In this document: piece after piece, positions 35,484 through 47,609 of the stretch
Layout of the letters: the number at the start of each line of letters is the position of its first letter
Numbering within the stretch: the first letter of the stretch is position 1
Source: Candidatus Nomurabacteria bacterium
GTDB taxonomy: Bacteria; Patescibacteriota; Saccharimonadia; JAGOAT01
Direction of reading: 5' to 3'
Length of the DNA stretch: 64,000 bases
Assembly: GCA_020639315.1 (NCBI GenBank)
Contig: JACKGM010000002.1
Coordinates: forward strand, 158,321-222,320
The notes under the pieces: model-generated
Seen by the model: the letters and a program-made list of their open reading frames with translations, nothing else
What the model was told of the DNA's origin: nothing
The model's database searches: none
Program-made: the position numbers and the translations under genes

Positions 35484-37208
35484 ATGGCAGACAAGCGAAT
35501 TATCAGTATCAGTCAAACAATCAAGCTACGAGAACTAGCTAGGATTATCAACCTTCAGTCAATTGAGCTTATCAATTTTCTTGTTGCCAATGGAATCAAT
35601 GCGACCCCAAATGATCTAATCGACTTTGAGACTGCTAGCTTAGTAGCTGAGGAGTACAATCTTGAGCTAAGGCTGATAGAGCAACTAGATCAAGACCGTC
35701 CTTCCAAACAAACCAATACCATCCCCCAGACTCTTGAGTCTCGTCCCCCGATCGTAGTGATTATGGGACATGTTGATCATGGCAAGACTACACTGCTAGA
35801 CTATATTCGTTCAGCAAGAGTTGCAGCTTCAGAATCTGGTGGTATTACTCAGCATATTTCTTCCTATCAGATAGGTGAGGCTGACAATAAAATCACCTTT
35901 ATCGATACCCCAGGACATGAGGCCTTCGGTGCTTTAAGGGCTCATGGCGCCAGACTGACCGATATTGTCATCCTAGTAGTGGCCGCTGATGACGGAGTCA
36001 AACCGCAAACCAAGGAGGTGATTGAGTTAGTCAAATCAAATAAGTTACCCCTGATTGTCGCTATCAACAAAATCGACAAGCCTTCAGTAGATTCTAGTAA
36101 GGTCAAGCAGGAATTATCCGAGCAGGGAATAATTGCTGAAGATTGGGGTGGAGACACACCTATGTTGGACATTTCTGCAAAGACTGGTCAAGGTATTGAT
36201 CAGTTGCTTGAACTAATCCATTTGGTCAATCAGCTCAACCCAGCTCAGGCAGATTATAAGATTCATGGTGAGGGTATAGTATTAGAATCAGAATTAGCGA
36301 CTGGTCAAGGGCCCCTTGCCACTATCTTAGTAAGGCATGGCAACTTTAAAATCGGAGACTACATAGTCAGTGGTAAATCCTGGGGTAAAATCCGTTCTAT
36401 TACTGGCACCGACGGCCAAAGCCTCAAGCAAGCTCTGCCTTCAATGCCGGTTATCTTATCGGGTCTTAAGGATATTCCAGAGTTCGCCAAATGGATTGAG
36501 GTAGTGCCCAATCAAAAAGCTGCAAAATCTTGGCTCGAGCAGACTAGTAAGGATTTTGATATTACCAAGCTGGCTACTACTGAAGTAGTAGATTTTAAAA
36601 AAGCTCTTCAAAAACAAAACCGACCCGAGCTAAGACTGCTAATCAAAGCAGATAGCCAAGGTTCACTGATCGCAATCGAAGACAGTATACTTAGACTAGC
36701 TAGCCCTGACGTGGATATTGTAATAGTTGATCAAGGAATTGGACCAATTAATGAAACTGACATTCGTAAATCGAGCTCTTCTGAGGCTCTTCTAATCGGA
36801 TTCCATAGCAAATTCTCTAGTCCAATGATCAAGCTAGCCAAACAGCTTGATATAGAATACAAGACCTATACAATCATCTATGAGCTAATTGAGGACATAG
36901 AGCAGCTAGTCAAAGAACTTTCTCCAGATAGAGAAAAGCAAGAGGTAGCCAAGCTACAAGTCAAGGGGGTATTTTATACCAAATCTGGACGAGTTGTCAC
37001 CGGTGGGGAAGTAGTCGAAGGCACGATTACCCCAAATCTCGAGCTTCGGATTTACCGTGATGACCAAATGGTTGGGGAGGGTAAACTTCTTAGTATCCAA
37101 GTCGGACCAGATCCTGTCGAAAAAGCTGAAGCCGGACAGGAATGTGGATTGGCAATCCAATCTGAAACCAAAACTGAGATTGGTGATCAAATCATCTTTC
37201 TTAAATAA
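35484..37208 (+). CDS. infB: translation initiation factor IF-2
   Basis: G domain VVIMGHVDHGKTTLLD, DTPGH, NKID, and C-terminal IF2 domains. Confidence 0.95.
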   Translation: MADKRIISISQTIKLRELARIINLQSIELINFLVANGINATPNDLIDFETASLVAEEYNLELRLIEQLDQDRPSKQTNTIPQTLESRPPIVVIMGHVDHGKTTLLDYIRSARVAASESGGITQHISSYQIGEADNKITFIDTPGHEAFGALRAHGARLTDIVILVVAADDGVKPQTKEVIELVKSNKLPLIVAINKIDKPSVDSSKVKQELSEQGIIAEDWGGDTPMLDISAKTGQGIDQLLELIHLVNQLNPAQADYKIHGEGIVLESELATGQGPLATILVRHGNFKIGDYIVSGKSWGKIRSITGTDGQSLKQALPSMPVILSGLKDIPEFAKWIEVVPNQKAAKSWLEQTSKDFDITKLATTEVVDFKKALQKQNRPELRLLIKADSQGSLIAIEDSILRLASPDVDIVIVDQGIGPINETDIRKSSSSEALLIGFHSKFSSPMIKLAKQLDIEYKTYTIIYELIEDIEQLVKELSPDREKQEVAKLQVKGVFYTKSGRVVTGGEVVEGTITPNLELRIYRDDQMVGEGKLLSIQVGPDPVEKAEAGQECGLAIQSETKTEIGDQIIFLK

Positions 37209-37213
37209 GTAAA

Positions 37214-37546
37214 ATGAGCTATCGAATCGAGCAAATTAACAATACCATTCTAGAGCTACTTGGTAACAAGCTTAAACTACTGACCAGTAAATCTCAAGTT
37301 TTAATCACGATCCAAGAAGTCAGTGTTTCTCCAGATCTTTCCAATTGCAGGGTCTATCTGGCTTTTTTTCCAGAACCCAGTCAGAAGCAAGTTAACCAAT
37401 TTATCAATTCGACTAGAGTTGAACTCCAAAAAACTTTGGCCAAAGGTTTAAGTCTGCGTAAAACACCAAGACTACAACTAATCTACGACAGTAGGCCAGA
37501 TCAAGTATCAAGAATCGAAAAAATTCTCAATGATTACAAGTCTTAG
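37214..37546 (+). CDS. rbfA: ribosome-binding factor A
   Basis: Size, position after infB, and ...ITIQEVSVSPDLSNCRVYL... RbfA pattern. Confidence 0.8.
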   Translation: MSYRIEQINNTILELLGNKLKLLTSKSQVLITIQEVSVSPDLSNCRVYLAFFPEPSQKQVNQFINSTRVELQKTLAKGLSLRKTPRLQLIYDSRPDQVSRIEKILNDYKS

Positions 37547-39577
<2,031 letters not shown>

Positions 39578-39601
39578 CTTAGATTCGGTAAACTATAGCT
39601 T

Positions 39602-39910
39602 ATGCCTTTAGAGAATACTCCTAACCTTAGTGTTGATGATGTGATCAGGATCGCCCACCTTGCTCACTTGTCCCTAGATCAAGAATCGCAAGAACTCTAT
39701 ACTACTCAAATCAATGCAATCCTCAGCTTTGTCAGTCAGCTCAATTCACTTGATTTGAGTGACCAGCCAGCCCTTGTCCAAGTCAGCAACCTTGAAAACA
39801 TTGTGAGATCCGATCAAGTCATTGACTGCCCGATTGACAAATCTGAACTATTTAGTAACGCCACAAACTTCGATGGTAACTACTTAAGAGTCAAGAGGAT
39901 TATCAGATGA
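39602..39910 (+). CDS. gatC: Asp/Glu-tRNA amidotransferase subunit C
   Basis: VIRIAHLAHLSLDQES...; size and position before gatA. Confidence 0.85.
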   Translation: MPLENTPNLSVDDVIRIAHLAHLSLDQESQELYTTQINAILSFVSQLNSLDLSDQPALVQVSNLENIVRSDQVIDCPIDKSELFSNATNFDGNYLRVKRIIR

Positions 39911-41310
39911 ACCACTTTACTAGACTAACTATCGACCAAGCCCATCACCTGATAAACTCTAATCAAATAACTGTTCTAGAGCTAGTTGAGTATTACTTTG
40001 ATCAAATCGAATCTAGCAATAACCAGCTCCACATTATGCTTGCCGAGAATAAAGATCAAGCAATCAATCACGCCAAAAGCTGGGACCAAAAAATCAGTAA
40101 TGGCCACAAGCTAACTGGCCTTGAGGCTATCCCCTATCTCGCAAAAGACATGTTTATGACCAAAGGGATTGCTACGACTGCTGCCTCTCGTAGTCTTGCA
40201 GACTTCATCCCACCCTATAGTAGCACTGCAATCTCAAAACTAACTAAAGCCGGAGCAATTCTACTAGGCAAAGTCAACCAAGATGAATTTGCCCATGGTG
40301 GTAGTGGAAAATATAGTTTTTTTGGTAGCGCCCTTAATCCAAATGACCCGACACGAGTAGCTGGGGGTTCATCTAGTGGATCAGCTGCTAGTGTGGCGGC
40401 TGACTACTGCATTTTTAGTCTTGGGACTGACACTGGAGGTTCGATTCGTAATCCAGCCAGCTACACCGGCACCTATGGCCTCAAGCCTAGCTATGGTCGA
40501 ATTAGTCGCTATGGAGTAATCGCAATGGCCTCTAGTTTTGACTGTGTCGGTATCATTGCCAGATCAAATCAGGATATCAAAATCGTGCTTGGATTTATTT
40601 CCGGTCATGATCAGCTAGATTCTACTAGCCTACCGTCCAAGCTCAACCTTAATAAGTCTGCCAGTATTAAGCGTATTGCCTTAGTCAAACAATACCAAGA
40701 ACGATTAAAACCAGATCAAACTAAGGCTTTTTCGGAAATCACTGATCAGCTTGAGGCCAGAGGGGTCAAGGTCGAAACAATTGACCTGCCAAGTCTCGAG
40801 CAGGCTTTAGCCTGTTATTATATCCTAGTACCAGCCGAAATTAGCTCCAATCTTGCTCGGTATGATGGCTTGCGCTATGGTTATAATAGTGATCAGGAAG
40901 ACTTGATTGAAGTTTACAAGAATAGTCGCAAGCAGGGATTTGGCGTAGAAGTCCAAAGGAGAATTATGATTGGTACCTATCTTTTGAGTCATGGCTATTA
41001 TGATGCATTTTACCTCAAAGCCAACAAGCTCCGTCAACAAATTCAGACTGAGATAAAAACTGTATTTAAGCAATTCGACTTAATCTTGTCCCCAACTACT
41101 CCAGATATAGCTCCTCTGACTAACACTACTTCGATCGATCCCACCGAAGAATATTTGGCTGACATCATGACCGTAGTAGCTAATCTAGCAGGGATACCTG
41201 CAATAAGCCTGCCAAAAATGGAGATTTCAGGGTTACCTTATGGCTTGCAAGCAATGGCTGACCAAGAAGCAGAACATCAGCTGCTAGAGCTCGAGGACTT
41301 ACTATGTTGA
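39907..41310 (+). CDS. gatA: Asp/Glu-tRNA amidotransferase subunit A (amidase)
   Basis: Amidase signature GGSSSGSAASVAA...GTDTGGSIR. Confidence 0.95.
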   Translation: MNHFTRLTIDQAHHLINSNQITVLELVEYYFDQIESSNNQLHIMLAENKDQAINHAKSWDQKISNGHKLTGLEAIPYLAKDMFMTKGIATTAASRSLADFIPPYSSTAISKLTKAGAILLGKVNQDEFAHGGSGKYSFFGSALNPNDPTRVAGGSSSGSAASVAADYCIFSLGTDTGGSIRNPASYTGTYGLKPSYGRISRYGVIAMASSFDCVGIIARSNQDIKIVLGFISGHDQLDSTSLPSKLNLNKSASIKRIALVKQYQERLKPDQTKAFSEITDQLEARGVKVETIDLPSLEQALACYYILVPAEISSNLARYDGLRYGYNSDQEDLIEVYKNSRKQGFGVEVQRRIMIGTYLLSHGYYDAFYLKANKLRQQIQTEIKTVFKQFDLILSPTTPDIAPLTNTTSIDPTEEYLADIMTVVANLAGIPAISLPKMEISGLPYGLQAMADQEAEHQLLELEDLLC

Positions 41311-41714
41311 ATTTTATTCTTCTGGCAATCGCGATTACCGGAATAATTGCTTTACTACTAGTAGGCTACATAAGCAATCTAAAATTTCGACAAAAACTAG
41401 CAAGAGTCGATCAAAAAAAGGTTGATCAAAACCTAATCCAAATCAAAGACCTAGAGGTCAGCAACCCAGTTTTGGCTGTGATTGAAGCAGACAAATTACT
41501 TGACTATGTCTTGAAAGGAGCATCAAGTAAGGGTGGCTTTACCGATCGTCTTAAGAGTCAAGAATACAGACTAACAAATGTCCAAGCAACCTGGGACTCC
41601 CACAAGCTTAGAAATCGTCTAGTTCACGACTTGGATAGTGAAGATCAGTACTCAAATCAACAACTAACCCATGCTAGTAAAAACCTGAGAAAAGCAATAG
41701 GAGAATTAAGATGA
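41304..41714 (+). CDS. TM-anchored small protein with an RNxxxH (HEPN-like) motif, inserted between gatA and gatB
   Basis: N-terminal TM helix. ...WDSHKLRNRLVHD... Both ends overlap the neighbouring genes (7 nt and 4 nt). Confidence 0.5.
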   Translation: MLNFILLAIAITGIIALLLVGYISNLKFRQKLARVDQKKVDQNLIQIKDLEVSNPVLAVIEADKLLDYVLKGASSKGGFTDRLKSQEYRLTNVQATWDSHKLRNRLVHDLDSEDQYSNQQLTHASKNLRKAIGELR

Positions 41715-43138
41715 AACTAATACCAACAATTGGCATAGAGGTTCATGTCCAGCTAAACACTATGTCCAAGATGTTTTGCAGCTGCCGACTATCTGGCCAA
41801 GATGACTCTAAACCAAACCAATATATCTGTCCGATTTGCATCGGTCTGCCTGGCACCCTGCCAACTCTCAACCAAAAAGCTGTAGAATTAGCACTTCAGA
41901 TTGGTCATTTTCTTGATGCAGAGATTCAAGAACAATCCAGTTTTGATCGCAAAAACTATTTCTACCCAGACTTACCAAAAGGTTATCAGATTACTCAATT
42001 TTACCAACCAATCATCCGCAACGGTCGGCTCACAATCTGGCTTGATGATGATAACTCCAGCTCAATTAAAATCACCGAGGCCCACCTAGAAGAAGACGCC
42101 GCCAAAGCAATCCACCCAGAAGGTCAACCCTACTCTCAGATTGATTTCAATCGAGCTGGAGCACCTTTACTGGAGATTGTCAGCGCTCCAGACATGGCTA
42201 CTCCCGAAGAAGCCAAACGATACCTGACCGAACTTTACTTACTAGTCACCAGTATCGGTGCCTGTCAAGGTGATATGCAAAAAGGTCACTTCAAGTTTGA
42301 TCTCAATATTTCAGTAGCAGAAGAGGGAAGCACTACCTTGGGGACCCGAACTGAATTAAAAAACCTCAATTCCTTCAGATTTGCCAAAAAAGCCCTAGAA
42401 TATGAGATTGATCGTCAAATTTACTTACTATCCTCAGGCAAGATAGTCATCCAAGAAACTCGAGGTTACAATGAAGCAGAGGGTAAGACTTTTAGCCAAC
42501 GAAACAAAGAAGACTCCGATGGCTATCGTTATTTCCCAGAGCCAGATATCCCCCCTCTAGACCTTAAGACAAGCCTGATTGATGCAACTCGCCCAGACAC
42601 TACTTCCTCAATCCAGCTTAGAGGCTTACTCCAGTCAGCAGGTCTTAGCCTAAGAGTCCAAGACACAATCCTATTAGACCCAAAAAGTCGGCTACTATTC
42701 ATGCAGACTCTTGCGATTTTTGATAACGATCCAGCCAAGATCAAACCGATTAGCAACTGGCTGATTGGTGAATATCAGACGATTGAATCACCTAATCTAT
42801 CAGCTAGCCACCTAAGACAACTAATTGAGCTAATTGAAGCTTCTGTGATCTCAAATAACCTCGCAAAGGAGATTTTTCCTGATATTTGTCAAGGTAGGTC
42901 TCCTCAAGACATTATTAAAGAGCGTGGACTAACCCAGATCAATGATCAATCAATCATCGACTCTATACTCAGACAGGTTATTGGAAACAACCCTGAGGCA
43001 GTAACTCAGTACCAGTCCGGAGAGCAAAAAATCCTAGGATTTCTAATCGGCCAAGCGATGAAAGAGACCAAAGGCCAAGCTAACCCTCAGCTTATTCGCA
43101 AGACCCTAGTAGATTTACTAGATAATATGTTACAATAA
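41711..43138 (+). CDS. gatB: Asp/Glu-tRNA amidotransferase subunit B
   Basis: IGIEVHVQL...CPICIGLPGTLP...NRAG.PLLEIV... GatB signature. Confidence 0.95.
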   Translation: MKLIPTIGIEVHVQLNTMSKMFCSCRLSGQDDSKPNQYICPICIGLPGTLPTLNQKAVELALQIGHFLDAEIQEQSSFDRKNYFYPDLPKGYQITQFYQPIIRNGRLTIWLDDDNSSSIKITEAHLEEDAAKAIHPEGQPYSQIDFNRAGAPLLEIVSAPDMATPEEAKRYLTELYLLVTSIGACQGDMQKGHFKFDLNISVAEEGSTTLGTRTELKNLNSFRFAKKALEYEIDRQIYLLSSGKIVIQETRGYNEAEGKTFSQRNKEDSDGYRYFPEPDIPPLDLKTSLIDATRPDTTSSIQLRGLLQSAGLSLRVQDTILLDPKSRLLFMQTLAIFDNDPAKIKPISNWLIGEYQTIESPNLSASHLRQLIELIEASVISNNLAKEIFPDICQGRSPQDIIKERGLTQINDQSIIDSILRQVIGNNPEAVTQYQSGEQKILGFLIGQAMKETKGQANPQLIRKTLVDLLDNMLQ

Positions 43139-43142
43139 AGCT

Positions 43143-43409
43143 ATGGAAACAGCAGTATACATATTAACTATTCTAAACGCCCTTGGTCTCTTACTCCTCG
43201 TAACAATCATCATCATCCTATTACTTGGTGTCGTAAAACTGCTACACATCATTACTACGGTCGCTGAAATTGCCGAAGATAGCAGTAAAAATATTCTAGA
43301 AACGATTGAAGAAGTCAGATCAAAAGTAGTCAGTCCGACTGCTTTTGCAGCAATCATCTCAGCTTTCATCAAGCGTAAAACCCCTAGTCGTAAATCCTCC
43401 AAGAAATGA
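43143..43409 (+). CDS. small single-TM protein
   Basis: 88 aa: N-terminal TM segment, helical region, basic tail. The antisense ORF was discarded. Confidence 0.4.
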   Translation: METAVYILTILNALGLLLLVTIIIILLLGVVKLLHIITTVAEIAEDSSKNILETIEEVRSKVVSPTAFAAIISAFIKRKTPSRKSSKK

Positions 43410-43780
43410 TTCTTAAAAGAATTCTGTTTTCTACTCTAATTAATTTCCTCGGACTAACTGTAGCTGCAAACCTAATAGATGGAATCAATTATCAAGACAA
43501 CTATCGAGTACTTATCATAGCTTCTCTTGTCTTCGGCTTTGTCAATGCCTTGATTCGACCGGTGATTATTATCTTGTCATTGCCTGCAATCCTTGCAACT
43601 TTTGGTCTATTTACCTTTGTAGTCAACGGCCTGATGCTCTATCTGACCAGTATTTTTTATGGATCATTTGAGATAGCCAATTTCCGATCTGCTATCTTGG
43701 CAGGATTTTTAATCTGGGTGATCAATTATCTAATGACTGACCTAGTCAAGACTAATATGGAAAAGGGAGCACGAGGGTAA
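43406..43780 (+). CDS. 4-TM membrane protein, PF04020 (phage holin 4_2/DUF360)-like
   Basis: ...LIIASLVFGFVNALIRPVIIILSLPAILATFGLFTFVVNGLML... matches the family pattern. Confidence 0.6.
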   Translation: MILKRILFSTLINFLGLTVAANLIDGINYQDNYRVLIIASLVFGFVNALIRPVIIILSLPAILATFGLFTFVVNGLMLYLTSIFYGSFEIANFRSAILAGFLIWVINYLMTDLVKTNMEKGARG

Positions 43781-43781
43781 A

Positions 43782-44003
43782 ATGGAAAAAACAATTCTAA
43801 ACTATTTGATTTTTATAGATTCAATCCTAGTAGTAGTGCTAATCTTGTTACAAAATCGAGGAACCGGACTAGGAATGGCTTTTGGCGGAAGTAGTGAAGG
43901 TTACCGTACCAGAAGAGGAGCCGAACGCTTTATTTTTATTGCGACTATTGTAGCAATCATTGTCTTGGTTCTTGCTACCGTTGCCCGTGCAATTATTGTC
44001 TAA
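43782..44003 (+). CDS. secG: preprotein translocase subunit SecG
   Basis: LILLQNRGTGLGMAFGGSS...; two TM segments; 73 aa. Confidence 0.75.
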   Translation: MEKTILNYLIFIDSILVVVLILLQNRGTGLGMAFGGSSEGYRTRRGAERFIFIATIVAIIVLVLATVARAIIV

Positions 44004-44011
44004 CTCTTACT

Positions 44012-45718
44012 ATGCTCAAATCCAGAGCCAAACAACCTCCCAATCACCATATCAAGGTCAGAACCAAAAAAAAGATTACTCCAGCTAGTCAGACCCACCG
44101 CACCCTTTCTGGACAATTTTACTTAGGTTGGTTAGAAATAAAGACAAACCCAATCATAACCCTAGCCAGCCTAGGTCTTGGCTTACTGATCCTGATATCT
44201 ACATTGATTAGATTGCCAGCTATCTATCAAGCTTACAGCTCAGATATCTTTGAAGCTGGAGGCATTTATAGGGAAGGGGTGGTCGGGGAGGTCCAGGTCA
44301 TCAACCCAATTTTGGCAAAGACTAGCACCGACCGGGACTTAACCCATCTAATCTTTAGTGGTCTGACCAAATTTGGCCAGACTGGCAAACTTGAGCCTGA
44401 CCTAGCAAAGAGCTGGGAAATAGATCCAACCGGTCTGATCTACACTTTTCACTTGCGTGATGATGTCAAGTGGCATGATGGTCACGCATTTAGCGCAAGA
44501 GATGTTGACTTTACCCTGACTGCAATTCAAAACCCCGATACCCGTTCTGGCCTCCAAGCAGACTGGCAAAATGTCAACCATAAAGTTATTGATGATAATA
44601 CACTTGAGCTTACCCTGCCAACCCGAGTCAACAACTTTATTAATCAAACAACCATAGGGATTATTCCGAGTCACCTTTTAGAATCCGTAGAACCCAATAA
44701 ATTGAGGTTTCATAGCTTCAATCTAGCCCCTGTCGGCACTGGGGCCTTTCGTTACCTTGATTATCAGGACAATAAACTAATAACCCTGGAAAAGAATCCA
44801 GATTTTTACCATGGTATACCTTATTTGGATCAAATCCAAATTCAAACTTTTGTCAGCAAGGGTGACTTACTTTTAGCCTATAGCCAGAATCAAATCGATA
44901 GCTTTAGTGGAATCAGTCTTGAGCTTGATCCAAACTATCTGTACAAACTGCGTCAGAATTCCTATATCGGACTTTTTCTCAATAACTCCAGTGAAAAATT
45001 AAATAGTCCTGAAAAAAGATTGAGCTTAGAGCAATTGATTGATAAGCCAGCCCTACTCGAGAGTATAGATCTTAGCAATCAAGCAGTCCCCATTAATTAT
45101 CCAGTATTCTCGGATCAAGAAGGCTATAACCAGTCTCTTGGTAAACACAATTACAACCCTGATCAAGCCCTGGCTAGACTTCGAGAATTTGGACTTGAAC
45201 CAAATCAAACCAATTACAAGCTAGTTACTACTAGCTCATTAAGTACGATTGCCGAAGCAGTATCTAATCAACTATTAGCCTTTGGGATCGAGCTTGATAT
45301 TAACATTATCTTAAGCCAACAACAACTCAACGATACAATTGCCAGTCGAGATTATGACATTTTATTATTTGGTCAGAATACTGGTAGCGACTCTGATGTC
45401 TACAGTTTCTGGCACTCGAGCCAAGCTGACTTTGCTGGTACCAACTTAGCAAATTATAAGAATACCGAGGCTGATCGACTGTTGGAAAGTGCTAGACTTG
45501 ATTCGGACGCCAAAAGCCGGGCAGAGAAGATATCTGACTTTCTTGAAATCTGGCAAGCAGACACTGCGTCTATCATCCTCTATCGCCCTTACTATCTAAT
45601 CTATAGCAGAATTGAGCTTGACTTGCCAGTATATAAAATTATTACTCCGAGCAATCGCTTTGACTTTGCTTATCTCTGGAAGATCAAAACTACTAGCCAG
45701 TCTCAGGTCAAACCATGA
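44012..45718 (+). CDS. ABC transporter substrate-binding protein, family 5 (peptide/nickel type)
   Basis: LAKSWEIDPTGLIYTFHLRDDVKWHDGHAFSARDVDFT, typical of SBP_bac_5. N-terminal anchor. Confidence 0.8.
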   Translation: MLKSRAKQPPNHHIKVRTKKKITPASQTHRTLSGQFYLGWLEIKTNPIITLASLGLGLLILISTLIRLPAIYQAYSSDIFEAGGIYREGVVGEVQVINPILAKTSTDRDLTHLIFSGLTKFGQTGKLEPDLAKSWEIDPTGLIYTFHLRDDVKWHDGHAFSARDVDFTLTAIQNPDTRSGLQADWQNVNHKVIDDNTLELTLPTRVNNFINQTTIGIIPSHLLESVEPNKLRFHSFNLAPVGTGAFRYLDYQDNKLITLEKNPDFYHGIPYLDQIQIQTFVSKGDLLLAYSQNQIDSFSGISLELDPNYLYKLRQNSYIGLFLNNSSEKLNSPEKRLSLEQLIDKPALLESIDLSNQAVPINYPVFSDQEGYNQSLGKHNYNPDQALARLREFGLEPNQTNYKLVTTSSLSTIAEAVSNQLLAFGIELDINIILSQQQLNDTIASRDYDILLFGQNTGSDSDVYSFWHSSQADFAGTNLANYKNTEADRLLESARLDSDAKSRAEKISDFLEIWQADTASIILYRPYYLIYSRIELDLPVYKIITPSNRFDFAYLWKIKTTSQSQVKP

Positions 45719-46977
45719 AGCCTAGGCAGATAGATAACCTATCTGGTACAAAAAAATTAAGCTCAAAATCAATCATGAGCTCCTATCGCAAACCAAAACC
45801 CAAACAACCTCAACCCAAAGTTAGCTCAAAAAAAGACCAAATAACCAAATCAACCCCCAGACTGTCTGAAGATACCGATAATACTCAAGAAAACTTAACT
45901 CCTAAAAACCTGACTAGTAAAAGTGCAACAAACACCAAGATTGCAAATCAGGCCCCAGTAGATTCTAATTTTTCACTTAGTCTACTCAAACATCAAATAA
46001 TCAACCTTGCCCCCAACCTAAGCTTAAAAAGCAAACCTACAAAGAATATTTTCAGTTTCAAGCTTGATCAGTCCTTCAAAACAGTAGTACTTCTAAACTG
46101 GCTCAAGACTTTGACTTGGCTCACTCCTTACCTAATCTGGATTATAATTAGTATCTTTAAGAACAACAATAAATCGATTTTTACCTCACTAGCTAGCACT
46201 GACTTGTCAGACTTTTACCTCACTATTACTAGTGCAATGATAGTGCTAATCTGGATAACTCACATCCTAGACAACCTAATAGCCCTCCACGAGACAAGAT
46301 TAGTGAGTCATTGGCAGAATAAGGACTCAGATATCAACCAAATTTTTATCAATTACCGTAGTAAGCTGGACTTGAGGCAAGTAGGTTTTTTAGTCTTACT
46401 GTTTGCCATTAGTATAAATGGACTATTTATTTTTAGACCTGTATCGGGGTCAAGCCAAGCACTGACTTCTATTATTTTTAGTCTGACTTTATTTATCACG
46501 CTTGGCTACCATATTCTAAGCATGATTTGGATAGATCAAAAAAGGTTTGGTTATCAACTTAATAAACAAGCAATACCTAGCAGGCTTAGTTATCAAGGAA
46601 GCATTGCCAAGAGTATATTGTATCTTGTCCAGATAGCAATGATTGGGCTTATGATACTTGGTCTTACTTACGCTTCAAGAATTCCCAATATCTTAATCTT
46701 GATAATAACCCTAATCACCAGCTTAATAATCAGCCTGACCGTCAAGGCAACTGACCAGTTAATCAACTTTACCTTACTAACAAGCTACCTATATAAGCCT
46801 ATCAAAAGTAATAATAACCCTAATTGGCATCAATACTTTAAGACCAAGCTGATATTTTGCATCTGTCTTAGTATTTCTTTAATCGGCTTAAGCTGGATAT
46901 TTGACAGTCCGGTAGTCTCGATCCTTTCAAGATTTCAAGAGATTTTAACCACTTTGCTTGACAGAGCCAGTCAATAA
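45715..46977 (+). CDS. hypothetical multi-pass membrane protein
   Basis: 420 aa with a basic/polar N-terminus and multiple TM segments. No motif recognised. Confidence 0.45.
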   Translation: MKPRQIDNLSGTKKLSSKSIMSSYRKPKPKQPQPKVSSKKDQITKSTPRLSEDTDNTQENLTPKNLTSKSATNTKIANQAPVDSNFSLSLLKHQIINLAPNLSLKSKPTKNIFSFKLDQSFKTVVLLNWLKTLTWLTPYLIWIIISIFKNNNKSIFTSLASTDLSDFYLTITSAMIVLIWITHILDNLIALHETRLVSHWQNKDSDINQIFINYRSKLDLRQVGFLVLLFAISINGLFIFRPVSGSSQALTSIIFSLTLFITLGYHILSMIWIDQKRFGYQLNKQAIPSRLSYQGSIAKSILYLVQIAMIGLMILGLTYASRIPNILILIITLITSLIISLTVKATDQLINFTLLTSYLYKPIKSNNNPNWHQYFKTKLIFCICLSISLIGLSWIFDSPVVSILSRFQEILTTLLDRASQ

Positions 46978-47007
46978 CCCTTCGCATTCTTGGCTATCCT
47001 TCGGGTC

Positions 47008-47391
47008 TGTCATCCTCCGAATCCCGCCCTCTCCTGTCATCCTCCGAATCCTGACCCTTGTCCTGTCATCCTCCGAAAATCCAAAGGATTTTACGGGGGA
47101 TCCAGTATTTCTGCATTTCTGGGATTCAATTCAAATACTGGATCTCCGGTATTCCCCTCCGGGTAATCCGAAGATGACAAGAGGGAGCATTGTCATCCTC
47201 CGAATCCTGACCCTTGTCCTGTCATCCTCCGAAAATCCAAAGGATTTTACGGGGGAACCAGTATTTCTGCATTTCTGGGATTCAATTCAAATACTGGATC
47301 TCCGGTATTCCCCTCCGGGTAATCCGAAGATGACAAGAAGGGCATTATCATCCTCCGAATCCTCGCATGAGGATTACGAGGTAATCAGTAT
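47008..47391. repeat. REP-like cluster F, including a 155-156 bp tandem duplication
   Basis: Half units at 47008, 47035 and 47191. Full units at 47064 and 47219. Reverse units around 47133 and 47289. Degenerate unit at 47345. Confidence 0.9.
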
Positions 47392-47510
47392 CCTGTCACA
47401 AAATCAGTAACCTAACGTAAAATAAGCAAAATAAGTCTACTTGAGAAAACCCCTAAGACTTGGTAAAATAACCAAGTCTTAGATATTGACACCAAATCTG
47501 ACGACATTTT

Positions 47511-47597
47511 GCAGGGTTACTCAAGTGGCCAACGAGGGCTGACTGTAAATCAGCTGGCTTAATGCCTACGTAGGTTCGAATCCTACACCCTGCACCA
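47511..47597 (+). tRNA. tRNA-Tyr (GTA), long variable arm
   Basis: GCAGGGT/ACCCTGC acceptor, anticodon loop CTGTAAA, T arm GTAGG-TTCGAAT-CCTAC, encoded CCA. Confidence 0.9.
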
Positions 47598-47609
47598 TAA
47601 TGAAATTGA

